From assembly GCA_963663035.1 (NCBI GenBank), contig OY760074.1, forward strand, positions 1,120,001 through 1,184,000: a DNA stretch of 64,000 nt, given 5' to 3'. This stretch comes from Acidobacteriota bacterium (GTDB taxonomy: Bacteria > Acidobacteriota > UBA6911 > RPQK01 > JADFOI01). The notes below the pieces were generated by a model. It searched no databases. It saw only the letters and a list, made by a program, of their open reading frames with translations, and was not told the origin of the DNA. Of this stretch, positions 45,441-55,162 are shown piece after piece (within the stretch, counting starts at the first letter, position 1; each line of letters begins with the position of its first letter). The position numbers and the translations under genes are program-made.

Positions 45441-46330
45441 AGCACCTGATCCAAAGGATCTCTGGTCAGAAGGTAGAAAGTGCTGCGGGGAGGTCCGCCA
45501 ACCATGAGAAAATCGGAAGTGAGGTAACCCTGGCTCAGATAGTGCTGAAACGTCTTGCCAATCTTGGCCTGCCAATCCTTTGCCAGTGACTGGTCTTCCG
45601 CACAAATAGCTTCAAAGTCATCCGGTACCTCAACCAGAAGTTCGCGCTCAGAACACCCCAGAAGAGGATCCAATAAACTCTTCCTCCCTTTCTCGTCTTT
45701 GGCGACCGGGGTCACCTGAACAAGAGAAGGTTTCTGCTCGAGCGGAGAGGGTGGATTCTCCAGGCGCTGCTTGACCCTCTGTGACGCAATATACCAGTTG
45801 GCCCAGACTCGATCTGTAGTCAATCCGCGACTGAAGTGACTTTGGACCTCCCCATAGTAGTGGGGTTGATAAGCCTGGATCAAAGCACCCAGCTTGCGCA
45901 CGTTCAAGTTGGCGTTGCCGGAATACATCGGGTCGAATGTCCACTTAATGAGCTCAAGATCCGCTTGCAGTGCAAAGTCCCGCTGGTAGACTTTCAGATG
46001 AAAGCCAATCCCCAGGCCCCGGTATTCCTTCAGGAGACCCATCATCTGAGAGTGTAAATAGGGCTTTTGCAAGAGAGGATCGATCCCCATCCAGGCCACC
46101 GAAAACCCGACTGGGATCTGGTTGACAAATACACCCGCTACGTGGCCACCGCTTTCCGCGACAGCAAACAGGGCCCGGGCGGGGAAAGGAAAGTCTCGGT
46201 CAGGCTCTCCGTATCCCCAAATCACACGCTGCAGTTCGACCAGTTGGGGCATTTCCTTCACCGAGCGGAGGGTGCGTAAGCACACTTCACGCGAAGAGAG
46301 CTGGATGCGCCGTTCAGGCTCTGGGATCAT
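45419..46330 (-). CDS. Predicted GNAT-superfamily acetyltransferase
   Basis: LHSQMMG....YRGLGIG..LK..QR, WTFDP....NA.LN..KLG and TDR...W motifs. Confidence 0.85.
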   Translation of the reverse strand: MIPEPERRIQLSSREVCLRTLRSVKEMPQLVELQRVIWGYGEPDRDFPFPARALFAVAESGGHVAGVFVNQIPVGFSVAWMGIDPLLQKPYLHSQMMGLLKEYRGLGIGFHLKVYQRDFALQADLELIKWTFDPMYSGNANLNVRKLGALIQAYQPHYYGEVQSHFSRGLTTDRVWANWYIASQRVKQRLENPPSPLEQKPSLVQVTPVAKDEKGRKSLLDPLLGCSERELLVEVPDDFEAICAEDQSLAKDWQAKIGKTFQHYLSQGYLTSDFLMVGGPPRSTFYLLTRDPLDQVLSVSSHE

Positions 46331-48069
46331 TTCTGAATCCCATGTCCGATCGGGTAGAGTTCGGGAAGGCTGATGGGGAGTTTCCCCCGAAAGGGAGTTT
46401 CTCCGAGAATCGCTTTCACCGCGGCCAGCTCGGCGCCCGAATAGTCGTCGTAGGCAAGGATATAACTGGGTATTTCAGGAATCCAGGTCAGCAAGTAGGG
46501 ACTGCCGAAAGTTACCAAGGCAAGAGGTTTCGGGAGTTCGGAAAGATTCTTGAGCAACTCGATCTGATTCAGGGAGAGTTCGATGGAGCCTTTGGAGGCG
46601 GCAATCCGGATATAAGCTCCCACCACCACGTAATCGACGCGTTTGGCTAACTCCTGGATCAAGCCGAGTTCTTCAGAGGAAGCCTGGGGAAGCACCTCTA
46701 CATGAGTTGTCTGGAAGCGACGACGACGGAACTCGCGCACAAAACTGAGGCCGCGACTCTCCATGGGGCGACGCTCATCCAGGAGGGTGAGCAGCAAGAC
46801 GGCGGAATCTCGTCTGGGTCGGAAAGGCAAGACGCCCTTTTCATCACGGACCAGCGTAATCGCTTCATCCATGATCTTTTGAGCGGCCTCCTGATTGTCA
46901 GGGGATCCCACGGTTAGATCGATGGAAGCAATGTCCACCAGGGAGTTCTGGTGAAGGCCGAGCCTGGCCTTGGCCTGCAGAATCCGCCGCACCGAATCGT
47001 TGAGCCTTTCCTCTCCGATCTTTCCCTGGCGAACCGCTTGAAGGAGACCCTTGAAAGTTGCTTCCACCGAGGTGGGGTAGAGGATCAAATCGGCACCCGC
47101 CGCAATGGCCAGGACGGCAGCTTCACCGTCCTTCCAGCGGGCACGAATTCCTCCCATGTTCATGGCATCGGTGAAGACAAGGCCTTCGAAATCCATCTCT
47201 TTCCTCAGCAAATCGGTTAAAATTCGCCGAGACAGTGTTGCCGGAAGGCCCTCTTCAGGCTCCAGGGCCGGAATGGCCAGGTGAGCGGTCATGATGGCCT
47301 GGACTCCGGCCTGGATGGCGGCCTCAAAAGGAGGGAGTTCCACTTCCTCCATCCGCTCTCGCGACACCTCGATGACCGGCAGTTCCAGATGGGAATCGGT
47401 TGAGGTGTCACCGTGGCCAGGGAAATGCTTGGCGGTGGCCAGGAGTCCGTTTTCTTGAACCCCGCGGATATAAGCGGCAGCCATTTTGGAGACCCATTCG
47501 GGATCTTCACCAAAGGAGCGGATGCTGATGATGGGATTCAGCGGATTGTTGTTCACGTCCACGACGGGATAGAAGTTGACGTTTATCCCCAGGCTTTTTG
47601 CCTCCAGAGCTGTGGTTTCTCCTACCTGATAGGCAATCTTCGGATCAAAAGTTGCTCCCAGGGCCATAGCCTTGGGAAAGCGCGTTCCACCCCGGAAAAT
47701 CAGGCCTGCTCCACCTTCCAGATCGGCCGTAATGAACAGAGGTACTCGGGCCAGCTCTTGCATTCTTTGGATCAGGAAGGCAGCCGAAAAAACCTCACCT
47801 CCCTGGGCGAGATAGCCGCCCACGTGGTAGTCAGTCAGCTCCTTCCGAATCTGCTGAAATATATCCGTATCCAGGTTGGTAAAGTTGGTACCGGTTCTTC
47901 CGATGATCAGCTGACCCACCTTCTCTTCCAGGCTCAGTCCACTCAGAGTGCTTTCCACCCAGCTTTGGGCTGTTTCATCCAGGGGTGGCAGTTCCTCGCT
48001 ACCTCTGGTCTGGGAAGAAGCGATGAGCAAGGTGAGGGTCAGTGTCACCGAAAAGATGACTTTCTTCAT
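46327..48069 (-). CDS. nagZ: GH3 beta-N-acetylglucosaminidase (secreted, two-domain)
   Basis: KHFPGHGDTSTDSH NagZ signature; TDAMNM; signal peptide from MKKVIF. Confidence 0.88.
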   Translation of the reverse strand: MKKVIFSVTLTLTLLIASSQTRGSEELPPLDETAQSWVESTLSGLSLEEKVGQLIIGRTGTNFTNLDTDIFQQIRKELTDYHVGGYLAQGGEVFSAAFLIQRMQELARVPLFITADLEGGAGLIFRGGTRFPKAMALGATFDPKIAYQVGETTALEAKSLGINVNFYPVVDVNNNPLNPIISIRSFGEDPEWVSKMAAAYIRGVQENGLLATAKHFPGHGDTSTDSHLELPVIEVSRERMEEVELPPFEAAIQAGVQAIMTAHLAIPALEPEEGLPATLSRRILTDLLRKEMDFEGLVFTDAMNMGGIRARWKDGEAAVLAIAAGADLILYPTSVEATFKGLLQAVRQGKIGEERLNDSVRRILQAKARLGLHQNSLVDIASIDLTVGSPDNQEAAQKIMDEAITLVRDEKGVLPFRPRRDSAVLLLTLLDERRPMESRGLSFVREFRRRRFQTTHVEVLPQASSEELGLIQELAKRVDYVVVGAYIRIAASKGSIELSLNQIELLKNLSELPKPLALVTFGSPYLLTWIPEIPSYILAYDDYSGAELAAVKAILGETPFRGKLPISLPELYPIGHGIQK

Positions 48070-48120
48070 GAGGCGGATTATAGCAGGGAACCACGAAGAT
48101 CGGGTTAGAGGCACTTCAAG

Positions 48121-49107
48121 TTAAGAAAGATCTTGCCAGGAGCGGGCCCCGGCTAGAATCTCGTTCAGTGCCTTGATGTTCTGGATTCCACGGTCCCCCA
48201 GCCAGTCCTCCAGAGCGGACAGTCCCTGGGCGGCGTACACTGCAATGCCCTCTTTCCAGGTGGCGCGTCCGCACAGAACACCCGCAAAGTTGACTTTTGC
48301 CTCAATCCCCAATTCCAGGCCTTCCCGGAACTCTTGGTCGTCTACTCCGCCACTGAGATAGATAAAAGGGCGCCGGGCCGCCCCGGCCGCCTTCCGGTAC
48401 AGCTCCTTCGCCTCTTCTCTGGAGTAGGCGGCCTGCGGGCCCTGGTAGGAACTTGTTCCTGAGGTGAATTGAAGATTGACTGGGATCTCAACCTTGAGAA
48501 CATCAACCCCGTAGAGATCCCGGGAAAATTCTCGCATGCTTTGGGTTACAATCTCCGGTTTTTTGCGAGCGTACTTCAGTGGACTGGCCTGGCCGCTGGG
48601 ATCATACCCCAAAAACTCTAAAAAGAAGGGGATGTCCTGGTGGATGCACTCCTCTCCTACTCTCTGGACGAATGCCTTCTTCCCCTCATTGAGGGAGGCT
48701 TCATCAAAGGGATTGTAGTAGAGCAGTAACTTCACGCCATCAGCTCCCGCTTCCTTGAGCTTCTCGACTGTCCAACTTTCCAGCAGTAGGGGAAATCGAC
48801 CCGGCTTGGTGTTGTCGTATCCTGATTTTTCATAAGCCAGCAGCAAGCCGATTTCCGAGGGCTGCTCCTTGGATGCCGGCAAGCCATACACCGGATCTAA
48901 AAGTACGGCACTTGCGTATGGAGACAGTACCTTGATCACTGCCGTCTTGAACTCGGCCAGCATCTCATCTGAAATGGTCTCGGGCTGCTCGCTCCTGGCT
49001 GCGGCCAAAGCGTTTCTCAGGGAACCCCGCTGGTCCATGGCCGCCGCACGGATGACGCCCCGCTCATCCGCCAGAGCCCTCATTCCTTTCAGTTTCCCTT
49101 GATTCAT
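48121..49107 (-). CDS. lacD: Tagatose-1,6-bisphosphate aldolase (LacD/class I family)
   Basis: AMDQRGSL, LLD..YG, YEKSGYD, DVLKVE.P, YLSGGV and GVLCGRATW motifs. Confidence 0.88.
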   Translation of the reverse strand: MNQGKLKGMRALADERGVIRAAAMDQRGSLRNALAAARSEQPETISDEMLAEFKTAVIKVLSPYASAVLLDPVYGLPASKEQPSEIGLLLAYEKSGYDNTKPGRFPLLLESWTVEKLKEAGADGVKLLLYYNPFDEASLNEGKKAFVQRVGEECIHQDIPFFLEFLGYDPSGQASPLKYARKKPEIVTQSMREFSRDLYGVDVLKVEIPVNLQFTSGTSSYQGPQAAYSREEAKELYRKAAGAARRPFIYLSGGVDDQEFREGLELGIEAKVNFAGVLCGRATWKEGIAVYAAQGLSALEDWLGDRGIQNIKALNEILAGARSWQDLS

Positions 49108-49111
49108 GTTC

Positions 49112-49387
49112 TAGTGTCCCGTCTCATGAATACCATGACGTTTGTGGCGAGCGCGACGGCGTCGAGTTCGCGAAGCGACGACGACGAGATGTCTGTGTGC
49201 ATCGCGGAGGAGGAGCGACAAAGAAATCGATGCCGTCCTGCCGCCACCCTCCGGGCTGATGGGGGTTGCGGGCAATCTCTTCGTCGCTCGTCGTCGCCGA
49301 TGTCCCTGCATCACCTCCTTCGCGCTCCTTGATCTCCCCTCCCAAGCCCCATCAGCAAACATCATGGTATTCATGGGACGAGACACT
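49112..49387 (+). mobile_element. MITE family B copy 2
   Basis: Aligns end to end with 45164-45440 and abuts MITE A copy 7. Confidence 0.85.
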
Positions 49388-49388
49388 C

Positions 49389-49654
49389 TAGCCCGCCTTA
49401 TGCATAAATTCTTTACTGCAGCGACAAAATCATCCGCCCTGACGGTGTTGCACGACCCGCAAGGGAGCGCGGGTACCCCTCGGCCTCCTCAACGTACTAC
49501 ACAGTACGTTGAGGAGGCCGACCCGTGGCGGGTACCCCTCGCGCGCCAGTCGGAGCCGCAGGCTTTAGCCTGCGGGCCCGTGGGCTAAAGCCCACGGCTC
49601 TGTTTTCCGGCGCTTTCGTCGCTTCGTGACAAGAACCTATGCATAATTTGGGCT
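49389..49654 (+). mobile_element. MITE family A copy 7, carrying an internal REP-like doublet
   Basis: Arms TAGCCCGCCTTATGCATA / TATGCATAATTTGGGCT. Insert GAGCCGCAGGCTTTAGCCTGCGG-GCCCGTGGGCTAAAGCCCACGGCTC at ~49553-49600. Confidence 0.8.
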
Positions 49655-49731
49655 TGTCTCCTTTCACGGGGATCGATCCCGCGGCGTTATTTGGGCTTGT
49701 CTCCTTTCACGGGGATCGATCCCGCGGCGTT
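49646..49731. repeat. Exact 43-bp tandem duplication
   Basis: ATTTGGGCTTGTCTCCTTTCACGGGGATCGATCCCGCGGCGTT at 49646-49688 and 49689-49731. Confidence 0.9.
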
Positions 49732-51082
49732 ATTCTTTTGTGCGGCTCTTCTTTTTTCGGATCTCTTCCAGGCGGGCTTTGATCTCCTTTTCAAACCCTT
49801 CCTGGGTGGGGTGGTAGTATTGCCTTCCCACAAGGCTCTCTGGCAAGCACTCCATCCTGGCCACGCCCTGCTCTTCATGATGGGCATAGCGATATCCGCG
49901 GCCGTAACCCAGCTCTTTCATGAGTGGCGTCGCTGCATTGCGCAGATGAAGTGGAACGGGTTCCCTGAGGGTCTTTTCCACATCCTTCTGGACTCGATTA
50001 TAGGCCTCATAGATGGCATTGGACTTGGGTGCCTGGGCCAGATAGACTGCCAGCTGAGCCAGAGCCAGCTTGCCTTCTGGCAGCCCGATAAAATGGACGG
50101 CCCGCATGGCATCCATGGCATAGCCTAAAGCGGAAGCGTCAGCGACTCCCACGTCTTCAGAAGCAAAGCGCACCATTCGACGGGCGATATAAAGAGGATC
50201 CTCTCCGGCTTCAAGCATCCTTCCCAGCCAGTAAAGTGCCGCGTCGACGTCGCTGTTGCGCAGGGACTTGTGGAGAGCGGAGATCAGGTTGAAGTGTTCC
50301 TCTCCGGCCTTGTCGAAGAGGAGGGTTCGTTTCTGAAGGGCCTGCTGGACGATCTCCCCGGTGATGTCGGGTTTTTCCGGGGAGTGACTATGAGCCAAAG
50401 AAGCAGCAATTTCCAGGGAGTTGAGTGCAATTCGAGCATCGCCATTTGCAAAAAGAGCTATCTGATCCAGTTCTTTCTGTCCGATCTGAAGTTTTAGGTT
50501 TCCCAGCCCATTTTGGCTGTCAGTCAGGGCGCGCCCCAAGATTTCAACCACCTGTGCTTGATTCAGGGGACGCAGCACCAGGACACGAGAGCGCGAGAGA
50601 AGTGGGGAAATCACCTCGAAGGAGGGGTTTTCTGTGGTGGCCCCAATTAAAACGAGGGTCCCTTTTTCCACATGAGGTAAAAAGGCGTCCTGTTGCGCCT
50701 TATTGAAGCGATGGATCTCATCCACAAAGAAAATGGTGCGTCTTTGATTCTGACGACGTTGGGTTTTGGCTTCCTTAATGACCTTTCTCAGATCCTTAAT
50801 CCCGGCCAGCACGGCACTGATGGACACAAAATAGGAGTCGGTCTTCTGGGCTATAATCCTGGCCAGAGTCGTCTTTCCCACGCCAGGAGGGCCCCAGAAA
50901 ATCATGGAGGGAATCTCGTCGGAACGGATCACCTCTCGCAGCAGCTTCCCATCCTCCAGAAGGTGGTCCTGACCCAGAACGTCCTCCAGGTTGCGGGGTC
51001 GCATCCGTTCAGCCAGTGGAGCAGTGGGAAGGGCTGAAGTGTCTTCTTGAGCCTCCTGGGAAGGGAATAGGGTGTTCGGCAT
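49730..51082 (-). CDS. rarA: Replication-associated recombination protein A (RarA/MgsA AAA+ ATPase)
   Basis: PLAERMRP, WGPPGVGKTT, DEIHRFNKAQQD, GATTENPSF, ISALHKS and VPLHLRNA motifs. Confidence 0.96.
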   Translation of the reverse strand: MPNTLFPSQEAQEDTSALPTAPLAERMRPRNLEDVLGQDHLLEDGKLLREVIRSDEIPSMIFWGPPGVGKTTLARIIAQKTDSYFVSISAVLAGIKDLRKVIKEAKTQRRQNQRRTIFFVDEIHRFNKAQQDAFLPHVEKGTLVLIGATTENPSFEVISPLLSRSRVLVLRPLNQAQVVEILGRALTDSQNGLGNLKLQIGQKELDQIALFANGDARIALNSLEIAASLAHSHSPEKPDITGEIVQQALQKRTLLFDKAGEEHFNLISALHKSLRNSDVDAALYWLGRMLEAGEDPLYIARRMVRFASEDVGVADASALGYAMDAMRAVHFIGLPEGKLALAQLAVYLAQAPKSNAIYEAYNRVQKDVEKTLREPVPLHLRNAATPLMKELGYGRGYRYAHHEEQGVARMECLPESLVGRQYYHPTQEGFEKEIKARLEEIRKKKSRTKE

Positions 51083-51145
51083 TGGCTTCCCTAATTTTCT
51101 CCTGTGTCACCGTCTGTGTCACGTTTTTTTTACTGAAATTGTTGC

Positions 51146-51358
51146 TAGCCGGGATGATGCATAAGTTTTCTACTGCAGTGCCGCAATCATCCGCGCTGAC
51201 TGCGTTCTGCGACCCGCAAGCGGGTACCCCTTGGGCTCCTCGGCGTACTGCAAGAGTACACCTGCGGGGCCCGACCCGCAAAGCGGGTGCCCTCGCACGC
51301 CTTGTCATCGCGGTGCCAGCGGCACTTCGTCACGAAAACCTATGCACAATCCCGGCCA
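51146..51358 (+). mobile_element. MITE family A copy 8
   Basis: Arms TAGCCGGGATGATGCATA / TATGCACAATCCCGGCC; same body. Confidence 0.85.
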
Positions 51359-51457
51359 ATGTAAGCGGAGGCACCGCAGCGAAGTCGAAAAAACTGGGAT
51401 AATTCTTCTTATGACTGTGTTAACCACTTTTGGGAACACTCAGGGGGTGGCCTGGAA

Positions 51458-54400
51458 GTGATCAGAGTTCGCGGCCTGGAACTTCCTGAAGTCATCAGAG
51501 ATCCCCTGGGTTCCTTCGTTCATCGTCTTCGTCGTTCGCTCCCTGCAGAAAATATTGGGGGAGAGGTGTCGCCTGATATCCAGCAGAACCCAGCCAGGGA
51601 ACTGCTCGAAAAGGGCGTGGCACTGGGGCGTGCTGACCAGGCCGAGGAAGCTTTTGGCGCCTACGATGAATTGCTGAAACAGTTTGTCGAGACAGGAGGA
51701 GGTGGTGTGGGCGCTCTTGAACATGGCTCTCATCCTGGCAGGTGAGGGCCGTACCGACGACGAGATTTCGGTCTACGATGAGTTGCTGGGTCGTTTTGGA
51801 CAAAACCTGCCTGTTCCTCAAGCGCCTTCTGTGCTTGCAGTTCCTGAGTGGCTCAAGGAAGAAGGGGACACGAGCCAAGCCAGTGAAGGGAGCGTCGTGG
51901 TGCACGAGCAGGTGGCCTGGGCGCTCTTCAACAAGGGCGTGGCCCTGGGGAGTCTGGGGCGCACACAGGAAGCGCTTGTGGTCTACGATGAGTTGCTGGG
52001 TCGCTTTGGAGGGATGACCAGAAAAAAGGCGGCAAAATCGGGCGGCTGACACTTCCTGACTGGCTGAAGGGCGAACAGCAAGAGGAGGGTAGCAGTCAGC
52101 CGGACAGGGGGGTGCACGAACAGGTGGCCTGGGCGCTTTTTTACAAAGGCGTGATCCTGAAAAGTCTGGGGCACACCGAGGACGCCATTGCGGTCTTTGA
52201 TGATCTGCTGCGTCGCTTTGGGGGAGTGCAGGAATCAGTATTGGAGCGCCTGACACGTCCTGGATGGCTCAAGAAGAGCGAAGGGGCTGACGCCGGTGGC
52301 CAGGAGGAGGAGTCGCGAGAGCAGGTAGCCTGGGCGCTCTTTAATAAAGGCGTGGCCCTGGGGAGTCTGGGGCGCACCACCGACGCGATTGCGGCCTATG
52401 ATGATCTGCTGGGTCGCTTCGCCGGGATCATGGGAGGATCAACGGGTGGTCTGGTACGTCCGAAATGGATGAAGACAGATCCACAACCTGACCCCACCAA
52501 CCCAGAGCAGGTGCTGGTGCGAGAGCAGGTGGCCTGGGCCTTGTTTAATAAGGGAGTGTCCCTGGGGACTCTGAGTCGCATCAAGGAGGCTCTTGCGACT
52601 TACGATGAGCTGCTGAGCCGCTTTTCACAATCGAGAGAGCAGGATGTGCAGGAGCAGGTGGCGCGGGCGCTGATCAATAGGGGAGTGCTGGAATCGGCAC
52701 TGCAGGAGCGACTGGCCAGATCACCCGCCAGCCAGGGGGTGACCCTGGGGTCTTTAGGTTCCACACACGACCCCAGTGCGTTCTTCGATCAGGCGTCGGA
52801 TCCGACTCAACCCACGGCAACCACTGAACATCCGAAGCAGGGGGTGGGGGCTCAGGTGGCTAAGGGGATGGCTTTGGGGGATACAAAGGCGGCGATTGCA
52901 GTTTACGATGATGTGGTCGGCCACTATGGCAGGTCAGTCGACACCAACGTGTTGAAATATGTAGCCGAGGCGCTGATCAACAAGGGAAAGGCTCTGGGGA
53001 GTCTGGGCCGCATATCGGAGGCGATTGAAGCCTACGGTGAGGTGATGACCCGTTTTAGCGATGCCAAAGAATCAGTTCTGAGGGAGCAGGTGGGCCGGGC
53101 GCTGCTCAATAAGGAGATGCTGGAAGTGGCACTGCGAGAGCAGAGTGCGCAGGGGGTGGTGACTGAGACATCCTCCACTCCGGGAGACACCCGGGGGACT
53201 CTCGGACAGACACCGGAGGTGACCGGGATCCCCGATGGGGTGGTCAGTGAGATCGAACACTCCCCGGAAACGGATCTGCCTGGGCAGGAAGCGCAGGCTC
53301 TGGTGGAAAAAGGGGTGGAGCTGGGGAGTTCAGTGGAGGCGCTGGCGATCTTTGACGAGGTGGTCAGTCGCTTTGGCGGGGACAAGGTAGTGGAAGTTCA
53401 GCAACAAGTGGCCGAGGCCTTGAGCAATAAGGGAATGATTCTGGGAACTCTGGGCCGTATGGAAGAAGCCATGGCCGTCTGTGATGACGTGGTGAGCCGC
53501 TTTGGCCAGGATGAGGCACCGGCCCTGCAAAAACAGGTGACCGTGGCGCTGGCCAAAAAGGAGGCCTTGCAATCCATCCTCCGGGAGAAGGCGGCCGAAA
53601 GGGAGGCGGAAGAGAGGCGCCGGGCCGAAGAGGAGGCGATAAGGAAGGCCCAGGAGGCTGAAGAGAAACGCCTGGCCGAGGAGAAGCGCCTGGCCAGCGC
53701 CTGGGGAGCAGGCCGAGAAGGAGGCCCAGGAGGCCGAAGAGAAGCGCAAAGCCGAGGAACAGGCCCAAAAGGAGGCCGAGCAGCGGGAGGCACGAGAGCT
53801 GGTCGAAAAGGGCGCAGGCCTGGGAAGCACAGAGGAAGCGCTGAAGGTTTACGATGAGGTGATCAGCCGTTTCGGAGCCCCCAGCCAAAAGGAAATGAAA
53901 GAGCCGGTGGCGCAGGCTCTGGTCAAGAAGGCTCTGACCCTGGGAGCTCTTGGGCGCATGGAAGATGTGGTGGAGGTGTGCGATGAGGTGGGGGCTCGCT
54001 TTGGCCTGGCCACCGAGGCGAAAGTGAAGGATCAGGTGGCGCAGGCGTTGGTCACCAAGGGAATGGCCCTCAGGAGCTTGGGTCGCTGGGAGGAAGTCAT
54101 TGAAGCCTGCGATGACATGGTCTCACGCTTTGGGGAGACCAACGACGCCGAACTGCAGGAAAAGGTGGCCTGGGCGCTGGTCAGTAAAGAAGTGGCTCTC
54201 AGGAGTCTGGTTCGCATGGAGGAAGTCGTTGAGGTTTGCGATGAGGTGATCCAACGCTTTGGAGAAACAACGGAATCGGCACTGCAGGCGCACGTGGCCG
54301 GGGCGCTTTTCAATAAGTGGGTGGCCCTGGGGGCACTGGGTCGAATGGAAGAGTCGATGGCGGTCTGTGATGAAGTGGTCACGCGCTTTGGAGAGGCCAC

Positions 54401-54998
54401 AGAATTGGCAGTGCGGGAACAGGTGGCTCGGGCTCTGGTCGAGAAGGGGGTAATCCTGGGAGCTCTGGGCAAGATGGAGGAAGAGGTTGGGGTCTATGAT
54501 GAGGTGATCCGTCGCTTTGAGAAGGAGACCGTTCCGGTACTGCAGGAGCAGGTGGCCAAGGCGCTGGTCAATAAGGGAGTGGCACTGGGGGGGCTGGATC
54601 GGTCAGAGGAAGTGATTCAGATCTGCGATGAGGTGATCCGTCGCTTTGAGAAGGAGACAGATCCGGTACTGCGGGAGCAGGTGGCCAAGGCGCTGGTCAA
54701 CAAAGGAGTGGGCCTGGGCATACTGGGTCGTATGGAAGAGACGATGAAGGTCTGCGACGAAGTGGTCAGCCGCTTTCAAGAGGCGAAAGAACTGGAACTG
54801 CGGGAGCAAGTGGCACGGGCGTTGGTCAACAAGGGAGTGGCTCTGGAGAGTCTGGGTCGCCGGGAGGAAACGATCGCAGTCTACGATGAGGTGGTCACAC
54901 GCTTCAAGGGAGAACCGGCTCTACACGAACAAGTGGATCGAGCAGCGGCACTGCGTGAGGCCTTGCAGGGGGCCAAAGACGATCCCAAAAAGCCGTAG
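51458..54998 (+). pseudogene. Long TPR-like repeat protein (43-aa repeats) with a central charged coiled-coil, broken by three frameshifts
   Basis: The repeat QVAxALxNKGxxLxxLGRxEExxxVxDExxxRF continues across four ORFs (51458-51745, 51684-52049, 52112-53857, 53859-54998). Frame changes occur at ~51693 (+1), ~52025 (-1) and ~53700 (+1). Confidence 0.75.
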
Positions 54999-55021
54999 CA
55001 ACTCAGGTCTACCTCTGCCGG

Positions 55022-55094
55022 GAAACGTGGGGACAGACTACCCGTTCACCTCATTTTTGAAATGAGGTGAACGGGTAGTCTGTCCCCACGTTTC
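55022..55094. repeat. Perfect palindrome, 35-bp arms with a 3-nt loop, between convergent genes
   Basis: GAAACGTGGGGACAGACTACCCGTTCACCTCATTT-TTG-AAATGAGGTGAACGGGTAGTCTGTCCCCACGTTTC. Confidence 0.9.
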
Positions 55095-55162
55095 TCTCCC
55101 TCCCACCTTCTCCAGACCGCAAGTGCCAGAGAGTGGGAGGGGCCTCAGGCCCTGAACTTTCT

